Assembly (NCBI GenBank): GCA_044358425.1
Contig: CP054849.1
Coordinates: 394,048 to 416,061, forward strand
DNA length: 22,014 bases
Direction of reading: 5' to 3'
Source: Marine Group I thaumarchaeote
GTDB lineage: Archaea; Thermoproteota; Nitrososphaeria; Nitrososphaerales; Nitrosopumilaceae
The notes beneath the pieces were generated by a model. It was not told the DNA's origin. It saw only the letters and a program-made list of their open reading frames with translations, and ran no database searches. The translations under genes and the position numbers were made by a program. Below, one piece after another: positions 9,817-17,619 of the stretch; position 1 is the first letter of the stretch, and every line of letters starts with the position of its first letter.

Positions 9817-9836
9817 AAAGTAGTTCAAACTACTTT
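9817..9836. promoter_or_regulatory. Perfect inverted repeat AAAGTAGTT-CA-AACTACTTT, candidate operator
   Basis: 9-bp arms at 9817-9825 and 9828-9836, abutting the TTG start of the downstream gene. The repeat is seen directly; the function is inferred. Confidence 0.45.
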
Positions 9837-10249
9837 TGTTGAGCATTCAAATTCTCCAATATGAGTTTCTAGGACCAATTCCTTTATCTGAATGGGGTCC
9901 TCCGATGGAAAAATTAGTCTATTTGATCTTATCTCGAACCAAAGATAAATTTGATATGGTCTATGTTGGTGATTGTCCAAAAACTGATGAAAAGTCCTTT
10001 TTTACATCTCATGATCAATTCAAATGTTGGTTACAAAAATCTGGTTCTGAACAATCCTTGTATCTTGCAATTTATCCAATGTTTGAATCAAGTGAAGCAA
10101 AACGGCATAATGTAATTCAAAAGATTATTGCTCAATACAAACCTCTATGTAACAATGATGAGATTTCTGAGCCAAAGCCTGATTATGTTGTAAGGGTTTC
10201 AGAGGAATCAGACAAAGATTCAGAGGAATCAGACAAAGATGAATTATGA
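9836..10249 (+). CDS. Degenerate GIY-YIG-like protein, N-terminal part of an apparently split gene
   Basis: LVYLI...MVYVGD and IQKIIAQYKPLCN resemble GIY-YIG motifs. TTG start at 9836 or 9839. Ends at TGA 10247-10249 inside a tandem repeat. Confidence 0.7.
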   Translation: MLSIQILQYEFLGPIPLSEWGPPMEKLVYLILSRTKDKFDMVYVGDCPKTDEKSFFTSHDQFKCWLQKSGSEQSLYLAIYPMFESSEAKRHNVIQKIIAQYKPLCNNDEISEPKPDYVVRVSEESDKDSEESDKDEL

Positions 10250-10267
10250 ATCAGACAAAGATTCAGA
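10199..10267 (+). repeat. 21-bp tandem repeat: two perfect copies plus one interrupted copy
   Basis: TCAGAGGAATCAGACAAAGAT at 10199-10219 and 10220-10240, then GAATTAT + GAATCAGACAAAGAT (10248-10262) + TCAGA. Confidence 0.93.
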
Positions 10268-10382
10268 TAAGATTTCTTGTGCTTGTTGTGGACATGAAAT
10301 GAATTTAGAAAAAAAACTTCAAAAATCTAATCTATATCGTTGTAATAATTGTGGAATTAGTGATACTAGACTTAATTCTTAA
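10239..10382 (+). CDS. Zn-ribbon peptide (47 aa), probable detached C-terminal domain of the upstream gene; not in the ORF track
   Basis: Manual translation MNYESDKDSDKISCACCGHEMNLEKKLQKSNLYRCNNCGISDTRLNS*, with CxxCG twice. Lies in the +1 frame relative to 9836..10249. Confidence 0.7.
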   Translation: MNYESDKDSDKISCACCGHEMNLEKKLQKSNLYRCNNCGISDTRLNS

Positions 10383-10605
10383 CTTTGTTTTGTACATCAA
10401 ATAATTGTAAAGTTAGTAAATCTAATGCCTTTTTCATATGTTGAAATTCATTAATAGAATGCATCTGTCCTTCTACTAGTGCTCTCATAACTTTGATTGA
10501 ATTTTTTTGGTAATCATCTGAAGCAACAATCTCCATTCCATTTAATTTTGATAATAAATTATCCAAATCTTTAATCATTTCATCAGAAGGTTTGTGTTTA
10601 TCCAT
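10372..10605 (-). CDS. Conserved hypothetical helical protein
   Basis: MDKHKPSDEMIKDLD...; the ATG at 10605 is preferred. Overlaps the convergent Zn-ribbon ORF by 11 bp. Confidence 0.75.
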   Translation of the reverse strand: MDKHKPSDEMIKDLDNLLSKLNGMEIVASDDYQKNSIKVMRALVEGQMHSINEFQHMKKALDLLTLQLFDVQNKVKN

Positions 10606-10757
10606 AGAATTCAGATTTCTTTTTCGTATATGAATTATTGCTAAGTTAATAGTCAATAATCAAACTGGATGGTAAAATTCTCATTGATAGTTCTAATGAA
10701 TTGATAAAAAATGTATTTTGAAAATATTTATGTAAATGAAATTATTGAATTTTAGAT

Positions 10758-10910
10758 ATGGGATTCAAAAAAGGTATTGAGAAATGTGTGGAGTGTGAGA
10801 AAAAAATGTCTGAGGATCCCGATGAAACAGGAATGTGTAGTAAATGTGGTTCTGGTGCAAGAGTTGATTCAGAAATACAAAAGGAATTAAATGATTTAGG
10901 AATTATTTAG
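10758..10910 (+). CDS. Zinc-finger microprotein (50 aa); not in the ORF track
   Basis: MGFKKGIEKCVECEKKMSEDPDETGMCSKCGSGARVDSEIQKELNDLGII*, with CxxC and CxxCG. TATA-like TTTATGTA about 25-30 bp upstream. Confidence 0.7.
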   Translation: MGFKKGIEKCVECEKKMSEDPDETGMCSKCGSGARVDSEIQKELNDLGII

Positions 10911-10915
10911 TATAT

Positions 10916-11068
10916 TTACAACAAATCTTCATCAATTTCTTCAATTGGATTCATAAATTGCGTACATGTACACGTTGGAATTTTACATTTTCCTAATTTT
11001 ATCATTAATTTGCTTTCTTTATCTGGAATATGAGCTTCATCTGTGTGGTGGCATCTTTGACAATTCAT
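10916..11068 (-). CDS. Cys/His-rich metal-binding microprotein (50 aa); not in the ORF track
   Basis: MNCQRCHHTDEAHIPDKESKLMIKLGKCKIPTCTCTQFMNPIEEIDEDLL*. Starts 15 bp after the ADH stop on the same strand. Confidence 0.75.
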   Translation of the reverse strand: MNCQRCHHTDEAHIPDKESKLMIKLGKCKIPTCTCTQFMNPIEEIDEDLL

Positions 11069-11083
11069 TTTATTTTATGACCT

Positions 11084-12124
11084 CTAATTATTTGGAACTA
11101 ATACTGCACGAGCATCAATTTCAGAATCTTTTAATTTTTTCAAAGCTTCATTTGCTTTTTCTAATGGGAATGTTTCATAAATTACTTCGATATCATTTTC
11201 ATTGCATATTTTGATAACTTGTTCCATATCTTTTGTAGAGCCAATCAACGTGCCTCTGATTGTTTTTTCTTCAAATGCAATGAATTCTGGCCTTTCTCCA
11301 ATTGTTGCAATGACAATTGTTCCTCCTTTCTTGACTGATTTTATTGCAGTATCTGTTACAATATCTGCTGGAGCAAATACTATTGCTGCATCCAATAAGC
11401 CATGTTTTTGATTTAATTTATTCAAAAATTCTTCTTGTTCTTTTGAAAATATCATTGCATCTACCGCTCCTAATCTTTTTGCAACATCTAGATGATTTTG
11501 TGATCTTGAAAATGCAATTACTTTTGTTTTTTCAATTTTTGCAAACTGTATCGCCATGTGACCTACTCCTCCAATTCCAAAAATTCCTATTTTTTTATCT
11601 AATGTTGGCTCTGCTGCTTTGACTGCTTTGTAAGCTGTAATTCCTGCACAAAATAGTGGTGCTGCATATTCTGATTTCATTTTTTCTGGAACTTTAGTTG
11701 CAAAATCTTGTTTAACTGTAATGTATTCAGAGTATCCTCCTTTCAGAGTTTCACCTGTTATTTTTGACGATTCACAAAGGTACTCTTTTTCCTCTTCGCA
11801 ATATTGACATTCTTTGCATGCTTCAAGTAACGGTGTGATTCCTGCTCTTTCTCCTATTTTGAATTTGGTCACATCTTTTCCAATTTCAATTACTTTTCCA
11901 ACAACTTCATGTCCTGGAACAATCGGTAATGTTGCTGGAATTCCAATATGCTGCCAATCTCCTTCTATTCCATGAAGTTGTGAGTGACAAACACCACATG
12001 CTTCAATTTTAAGTAGAATTTCATCTGATTCCTTAATTTCATGTTTATCTATTTCAGTTGATTTCAAAGGATTAGTTTCAATTTTTGCACATTCTGAAAG
12101 CACCATTGCACGCATTTTTTCCAT
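11084..12124 (-). CDS. Zinc-dependent alcohol dehydrogenase (MDR family, AdhP/CAD-like)
   Basis: CGVCHS and PGHEVVG motifs, structural Zn site CKECQYC...LC, LFCAG.T, and Rossmann GIGGVG. Confidence 0.93.
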   Translation of the reverse strand: MEKMRAMVLSECAKIETNPLKSTEIDKHEIKESDEILLKIEACGVCHSQLHGIEGDWQHIGIPATLPIVPGHEVVGKVIEIGKDVTKFKIGERAGITPLLEACKECQYCEEEKEYLCESSKITGETLKGGYSEYITVKQDFATKVPEKMKSEYAAPLFCAGITAYKAVKAAEPTLDKKIGIFGIGGVGHMAIQFAKIEKTKVIAFSRSQNHLDVAKRLGAVDAMIFSKEQEEFLNKLNQKHGLLDAAIVFAPADIVTDTAIKSVKKGGTIVIATIGERPEFIAFEEKTIRGTLIGSTKDMEQVIKICNENDIEVIYETFPLEKANEALKKLKDSEIDARAVLVPNN

Positions 12125-12228
12125 AATTCAAAAATTTTTTCATTGAATTTTAACATACTGTTTTAATTTTTTCTTTGAATTATTTCAATCAAGATAAGAT
12201 TTATTTTAAAAAAAGTATCCATTATGGT

Positions 12229-12459
12229 ATGACTGATGTTACTTCTGAAGATCGTGAACGAGTAAAACTACTAACCTTAATTTCTTCTTCCAAACATGAG
12301 TTTGATAAATTATCTCTAGAACAATTGGCAAGACTAGAGGAGCTCCTAAAGAAAAAAGATTACAGCCATGATAAAAAAGCAGACAAATCTAAAACAAAAT
12401 TTCTCAAAAGAATTAATGTTAGAATTTATGAATTAACTGAGGGTAAGGGAATCTGGTAA
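12229..12459 (+). CDS. Conserved hypothetical basic protein
   Basis: MTDVTSEDRERVKLL...INVRIYEL.EG.GIW. The ATG at 12229 follows a TATA-like TTTTAAA about 25 bp upstream. Confidence 0.72.
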   Translation: MTDVTSEDRERVKLLTLISSSKHEFDKLSLEQLARLEELLKKKDYSHDKKADKSKTKFLKRINVRIYELTEGKGIW

Positions 12460-12505
12460 TTATCTCCACATGTAGGTACAAATATTGAAAATACTTTGAT
12501 AAATT

Positions 12506-14533
12506 ATGGCTGGAAATAATCTAATTCATGAAACCAGTCCTTATTTGCTTCAACATGCTGATAATCCCGTTGATTGGTATGGGTGGAACGATGAAGCACT
12601 AAAAAAAGCAAAAGATGAGAACAAACCTATTTTTCTAAGTATTGGATACAGTGCATGCCATTGGTGTCATGTGATGGCACATGAATCATTTGAAAATAAT
12701 GATGTTGCTGAATTTATGAATGAACATTTTGTAAACATAAAAGTTGATCGTGAAGAACGTCCTGATATTGATGATATTTATCAAAAAGTTTGTCAAATAG
12801 CTACGGGTCAAGGTGGTTGGCCACTGAGTATTTTTCTTACACCTGATCAAAAACCATTCTATGCTGGAACATATTTTCCTGTTTTGGATTCCTATGGACG
12901 TCCTGGATTCGGAAGTATCTGTAGACAATTAGCACAAGCTTGGAAAGAGAAACCAAAAGATGTTGAAAAATCTGCAGAGAGTTTTCTTTACGCATTACAG
13001 AAAACTGAAAAAATTACAACTCCCTCAAAATTAGAACGCACTTTACTTGATGAAGCTGCAATGAATTTATTCCAACTGGGAGATCCTACTTATGGAGGAT
13101 TTGGTTCTGCTCCTAAGTTTCCAAATGCTGCAAATATTTCATTTCTATTTAGATATGCAAAAATGGCAAATTTATCAAAATTTAATGAATTTGCATTAAA
13201 AACTTTGAAAAAAATGGCAAAGGGTGGAATTTTTGATCAAATTGGAGGAGGGTTTCACAGGTATTCAACTGATACAAAATGGCTAGTGCCTCATTTTGAA
13301 AAAATGCTCTATGACAATGCTCTCATGCCTGTAAATTATTGTGAAGCATATCAAATTACCAAAGACCCATTTTATCTGGATGTTTTACAAAAAACTCTTG
13401 ATTTTGTTTTACGTGAAATGACTTCATCAGAGGGAGGATTTTACTCTGCTTATGATGCAGATTCTGAAGGTGTAGAAGGAAAATTTTATGTTTGGACTAA
13501 ACATGAGATTAAAGAAATTCTTGGTGATGATGCTGAAATATTTTGTCTTTATTTTGACGTAACTGATGGTGGAAATTGGGAAGGAAATAGTATCCTTTGT
13601 AATAATCTTAATACTTCAACAATTGCATTTAATTTTGGAATATCTGAACAAAAGGTTCATGAAATTATAAATTCTTGTTCAAAAAAATTATTAAAAGTAA
13701 GATCAAAAAGAGTTTCTCCTGGATTAGATGATAAAATTCTAGTTTCTTGGAATTCTTTGATGATAACTGCTTTTGCAAAAGGATATCGTGTTACAAATGA
13801 CATACGATATCTAAATGCTGCCAAAAATTGTATTTCTTTTATTGAAAAGAATTTGTTTGTTGATGATAATCTATTAAGAACTTACAAAAATGGTAATGCA
13901 AAAATTAATGGTTATCTTGAAGATTATTCTTATTTCATTAATGCTCTATTGGATGTATTTGAAATTGAACCTAATCAAAAATATCTTAAACTTGCATTAA
14001 AATTAGGTACTCATTTAATTGATCATTTTTGGGATTCAGAAAATAATAGTTTCTTTATGACTTCTGATAATCATGAAAAACTAATCATTCGTCCAAAGAG
14101 TAATTATGATTTATCTTTGCCTTCAGGAAATTCTGTTTCGTCATTTGTAATGTTAAGACTATATCATCTATCTCAAGAACAATCTTTTCTTGATATTTCC
14201 ATTAAAATTATGGAATCTCAGGCACAAATGGCAGCAGAAAACCCATTTGGATTTGGATATTTGTTAAATACACTTTCTGTATATTTGGAAAAACCTATTG
14301 AAATAACTATTATAAATTCTGAAAATTCTGAAATTTGTAATTCTCTATTTACAACTTATTTGCCTAGTTCTTTTATGGTGACCATTGAAAATTCTGAACA
14401 ATTGAATGCTCTTTCTGATTATCCCTTCTTTTCAGGTAAATCCTTTGAAGATCAAACTTCTGTCTTCATTTGTAAAAATTTTTCTTGTTCTTTGCCATTA
14501 CATACTTTAGATGAAGTGAATTCAGAACTTTAG
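12506..14533 (+). CDS. yyaL: Thioredoxin domain-containing protein YyaL/SPATA20 family (COG1331)
   Basis: [61 protein letters not shown] and DDK.L.SWN motifs. Confidence 0.95.
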   Translation: MAGNNLIHETSPYLLQHADNPVDWYGWNDEALKKAKDENKPIFLSIGYSACHWCHVMAHESFENNDVAEFMNEHFVNIKVDREERPDIDDIYQKVCQIATGQGGWPLSIFLTPDQKPFYAGTYFPVLDSYGRPGFGSICRQLAQAWKEKPKDVEKSAESFLYALQKTEKITTPSKLERTLLDEAAMNLFQLGDPTYGGFGSAPKFPNAANISFLFRYAKMANLSKFNEFALKTLKKMAKGGIFDQIGGGFHRYSTDTKWLVPHFEKMLYDNALMPVNYCEAYQITKDPFYLDVLQKTLDFVLREMTSSEGGFYSAYDADSEGVEGKFYVWTKHEIKEILGDDAEIFCLYFDVTDGGNWEGNSILCNNLNTSTIAFNFGISEQKVHEIINSCSKKLLKVRSKRVSPGLDDKILVSWNSLMITAFAKGYRVTNDIRYLNAAKNCISFIEKNLFVDDNLLRTYKNGNAKINGYLEDYSYFINALLDVFEIEPNQKYLKLALKLGTHLIDHFWDSENNSFFMTSDNHEKLIIRPKSNYDLSLPSGNSVSSFVMLRLYHLSQEQSFLDISIKIMESQAQMAAENPFGFGYLLNTLSVYLEKPIEITIINSENSEICNSLFTTYLPSSFMVTIENSEQLNALSDYPFFSGKSFEDQTSVFICKNFSCSLPLHTLDEVNSEL

Positions 14534-14850
14534 ATTTTTTTTAAATCTACATTTATGGTGTTTCCAACTTGTGGTCTTCCCATTCCATCATATCTTGATT
14601 TTGGCATTGCAATTGTAATTTGTGTTTGTTGATATGATTTCATATTTACAGTTGGCTGAGCTTGTAAAATTGCTTCTAATAGCGGCATTACTTGTTCTTT
14701 TGTTTCTGTATCCAATTTTTTGGATACGTTTTCAATGATTAATTGTTTTTGGGAAATTGGTTCAGTTGATACATTTTCAATTAATGTTAATTGTATAATT
14801 TGTCCATTGTCTACTATCTGTGTAATTTTGAATTCATTTGTTGCTGACAT
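14530..14850 (-). CDS. Hypothetical protein, arcadin-1-like pattern
   Basis: 106-aa ORF: beta strands, helix [15 protein letters not shown], then QITI.M....Y..MG.PQVG.TI.V.L. Overlaps the convergent yyaL stop by 4 bp. The family call is tentative. Confidence 0.65.
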   Translation of the reverse strand: MSATNEFKITQIVDNGQIIQLTLIENVSTEPISQKQLIIENVSKKLDTETKEQVMPLLEAILQAQPTVNMKSYQQTQITIAMPKSRYDGMGRPQVGNTINVDLKKI

Positions 14851-14881
14851 AAATTATTGATTTTATCTTAATGATTTATCT

Positions 14882-14974
14882 CTAACGAATTGAAAAATAG
14901 AGTGCAATTACGGCTGTTGCTATTGCAGCTGTTACCCCTAGACTAAAAATGATTTTACTACCGTCAATATTCAT
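14882..14974 (-). CDS. Single-TM micropeptide (30 aa); not in the ORF track
   Basis: MNIDGSKIIFSLGVTAAIATAVIALYFSIR*. Locally GC-richer than its flanks, with TTTAATT about 25-30 bp upstream of the ATG. Confidence 0.55.
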   Translation of the reverse strand: MNIDGSKIIFSLGVTAAIATAVIALYFSIR

Positions 14975-15065
14975 AATTTTATCATTTCACAATTCAAATT
15001 AAACTGTACTGCAAATTTCTACTATTTTACTTACATTTTTAGCTATTTTTATGCCTAATTTCTTC

Positions 15066-15380
15066 TCATTCTGTTTCATTATTTGATTGGTTATCTGTTT
15101 TCCTTTGAGATGAAATTGCTTTTTTGATTTCTGGTGCCTTCTGTTTTATCATTTCATTAAATTCTTTGATATCTTCTAAACTTGCTGTTTGCTGCTGATT
15201 TTGATAAGCTTGAAGGAATCCTGAATATACGCATCCTGTAATTATTCCAAATGCAGTATCTTGAACTGATTCTACTTCCGGACGAAATTCTTCTGCAATT
15301 TCCCTATATGATTCTGATTCACTAATGTAGTATTCAATCAAGCTATTGATAAATTCTTTATTTTCTTTTGCGATTGTCAT
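15066..15380 (-). CDS. Conserved hypothetical helical protein
   Basis: 104-aa ORF with ATG start. The D.AFGII.G..YS.F...Y and LEDI.EF motifs resemble thaumarchaeal hypothetical proteins as I recall them. Confidence 0.75.
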   Translation of the reverse strand: MTIAKENKEFINSLIEYYISESESYREIAEEFRPEVESVQDTAFGIITGCVYSGFLQAYQNQQQTASLEDIKEFNEMIKQKAPEIKKAISSQRKTDNQSNNETE

Positions 15381-15462
15381 GATCTTATTTTGATTCCTAG
15401 TTTATTTAATTATCTTTTTTTAATCTGATAAATTTATGTAAACCGAGATTTTATGTCTAGTA

Positions 15463-15780
15463 TTGCTAGAAAATTTATCTCCAGAACTTCGAAAAACTTT
15501 GAGACAAATAAAGAAACAAACTTTGGCATTACAATCTATTCGTAATCTAAATAAAATTCAAAAATCTGTATGGCTAGAAATGGCTACTCGTGAAACTGGA
15601 ATCCAAGTCGATCGAATATGTTGTATCAACAAACCTGTTAATCTTACAATATTTCATGTTGGAGATTCAAAGTCTTCTGTATTGCTTTGCAACTATCATT
15701 CTAAACAAAAATATTTTTTAAAAGATATTTTTGAAATAAAACCGCTAGATGAGAATTTGGTAAATTCCCATACTATGTAA
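15463..15780 (+). CDS. Hypothetical protein with a possible CC...CxxH metal site
   Basis: 105-aa ORF with TTG start; contains ICCINKP...LLCNYH. Confidence 0.55.
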   Translation: MLENLSPELRKTLRQIKKQTLALQSIRNLNKIQKSVWLEMATRETGIQVDRICCINKPVNLTIFHVGDSKSSVLLCNYHSKQKYFLKDIFEIKPLDENLVNSHTM

Positions 15781-15851
15781 TTAGAGATTTATTTAATTAA
15801 CTAATTTCTTTAAATTGTAATCTAAAAATAGTATTAATTCTTAGTTTTGAT

Positions 15852-15983
15852 ATGGATTTAAATGAAATTCTTACTAAGGAGAGAGATTCCTTAAGGGATG
15901 AAAATATTGAACTTAGAAAGAGAATTCACCAACTTGAAATTTCGTTACAAAAAGCATTAGATATGCTAGAAAATGATGATTAA
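15852..15983 (+). CDS. Coiled-coil microprotein (43 aa); not in the ORF track
   Basis: MDLNEILTKERDSLRDENIELRKRIHQLEISLQKALDMLENDD*, with leucines at heptad spacing (L7, L14, L21, L28). Confidence 0.68.
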   Translation: MDLNEILTKERDSLRDENIELRKRIHQLEISLQKALDMLENDD

Positions 15984-16066
15984 ATTTTCATTTTCATGCC
16001 TGAAATCTTTTTCTAATTTTTTTTTCAAATAAAAGTTTAGTAATTAGTTTTAATTGAATATTTTTC

Positions 16067-16528
16067 TTGGGAAACTGGAAATTAGATTTTGAGGATGGAT
16101 ATTATAGAATATTTGATTCTTCCAAATTAATTACTGGATACTTTGATCCTGATTATGGTTATTTATCCTCATCTGAAAATCCAGATGATGTAATTCTATC
16201 AAAAATTAAAAATCATGATAAAATATCTGGTGGAATGATAATGATTCCTCTTGTTAAATTCAAATTATTTGATACTGATTTGAATACTAATTTATCTAAT
16301 GTTCAACAAAATGTATCTAGAGTTTCTGAACATCTTCAAAAATGGGGTAGTTTTTTATCGAAAATAAATAATTCTTCTCACTTTATTGGAATTTCTCATA
16401 CTGATCAGGATATGTTGACAATTGCATTTCCTATAAAATTCTCTGAACTGATTCCTCTTGATAACTCTGATTTGATCAAGCAACTTTCTCCCACTTTGAA
16501 ATTATTGGAAGATTCTGATTTATTATGA
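16067..16528 (+). CDS. Hypothetical protein
   Basis: 153-aa ORF with TTG start and normal codon usage. No recognised family. Confidence 0.7.
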   Translation: MGNWKLDFEDGYYRIFDSSKLITGYFDPDYGYLSSSENPDDVILSKIKNHDKISGGMIMIPLVKFKLFDTDLNTNLSNVQQNVSRVSEHLQKWGSFLSKINNSSHFIGISHTDQDMLTIAFPIKFSELIPLDNSDLIKQLSPTLKLLEDSDLL

Positions 16529-16540
16529 TGACATTTTTAT

Positions 16541-17230
16541 CTATGGCATATGTTCTTTTTTCCAGTCTTCAGCTTTATTATTACAATTAAACCATTCAAT
16601 TTCTATTTCACTAGAATCAAATTCTCCTGATTCGTTTTTAAATTGTTCATTGCATTGTTTTTTCATTTTTTCTGAAACTTGTAAAACTTGTTGTGGTGAT
16701 ACTCCTTGTGGTTCTTCAAATTTTTCTCCTCCGACATAATGTTTTATTCCTACTTTTGCTGTTTGAAATTCAACTAATCCTAAATTCTGATACTCATATG
16801 CTTCTTGAATTAAAGTATCTGAACGAATTTTGGAGGCTTCGTTACCTGTTTTAATCCAATCAATAAATTGTAAATCGCTTTCAAGTTGAGTTTCAGCTGA
16901 CATTTTCAATAATATGACTGAACTTTGAAATAATTCTGGTGGTGTCAATTTGTCATATTTTGATATAATTTTTTGAAAATTATCTATATGCTCTTCATAA
17001 AATTTCAATAATTCTTCTTTTGAAATGTCTCCTTCTGCCCATTTGGTCTTTTCCGAATAAAATTTATTTTGAATTTCTGAAAGTTCATTCTCAATTTGAC
17101 TTAATTCATTTCCAAATTGCAATCCTTTTTGTTTTGTAGTATCCACTGAATAATTATATGCAATTATTGCACCAATAATTATTATTGCAATACTGAGAAT
17201 TATGATGTTTTGAATTTTCTTTTTTTTCAA
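16541..17230 (-). CDS. Membrane-anchored helical hypothetical protein
   Basis: MKKKK plus TM helix, a helical-bundle-like body and a C-terminal Cys pair. The TTG start overlaps the upstream TGA. Confidence 0.78.
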   Translation of the reverse strand: MKKKKIQNIIILSIAIIIIGAIIAYNYSVDTTKQKGLQFGNELSQIENELSEIQNKFYSEKTKWAEGDISKEELLKFYEEHIDNFQKIISKYDKLTPPELFQSSVILLKMSAETQLESDLQFIDWIKTGNEASKIRSDTLIQEAYEYQNLGLVEFQTAKVGIKHYVGGEKFEEPQGVSPQQVLQVSEKMKKQCNEQFKNESGEFDSSEIEIEWFNCNNKAEDWKKEHMP

Positions 17231-17517
17231 AGGTAATCTATGTAATTTCCATCTTCATCTAATTTTAATTCTATAGTAAATTCTGTACCGCTGATAAATG
17301 AATCATTTCTAGTAGTTCTGACCCTTGCCACAACTAACTCATAAGGCCATATTTCAATCACAATTTCTCCTACTTTTGCTTTAGGTGTTTCTGTAATCTC
17401 CATATCTTCACGTTTTACCCCGTGTCTTTCTAACATGTGAATCGAATGATCCAATAATGGTTCAGGATTATTGTAATTTAGTACCCATACTGTTCCTTCA
17501 TATTCAATTTTCTGCAA
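17227..17517 (-). CDS. Conserved hypothetical protein
   Basis: 96-aa ORF with TTG start and a 4-bp overlap with the downstream gene. Confidence 0.72.
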   Translation of the reverse strand: MQKIEYEGTVWVLNYNNPEPLLDHSIHMLERHGVKREDMEITETPKAKVGEIVIEIWPYELVVARVRTTRNDSFISGTEFTIELKLDEDGNYIDYL

Positions 17518-17619
17518 TTTGAAACAATCCTGATTAACTCATATAACAATTATTCCTTTGTTATCCTTTTTATCGTACATAAATTCATTTTTTGCCTATT
17601 TCTGATAATTTGATAAAAA

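Noticed and set aside
10199-10267. Possible mini-CRISPR array
   Set aside because: Units are directly tandem without unique spacers, lie in coding sequence, and no cas genes are nearby.
10309-10316. A8 run as slippage site
   Set aside because: The Zn-ribbon frame reads through it intact; the frame break is upstream at 10241-10247.
10966-11622. + strand ORFs 10966..11214, 11202..11411 and 11344..11622
   Set aside because: Antisense to the ADH and the 10916..11068 microprotein, with no motifs.
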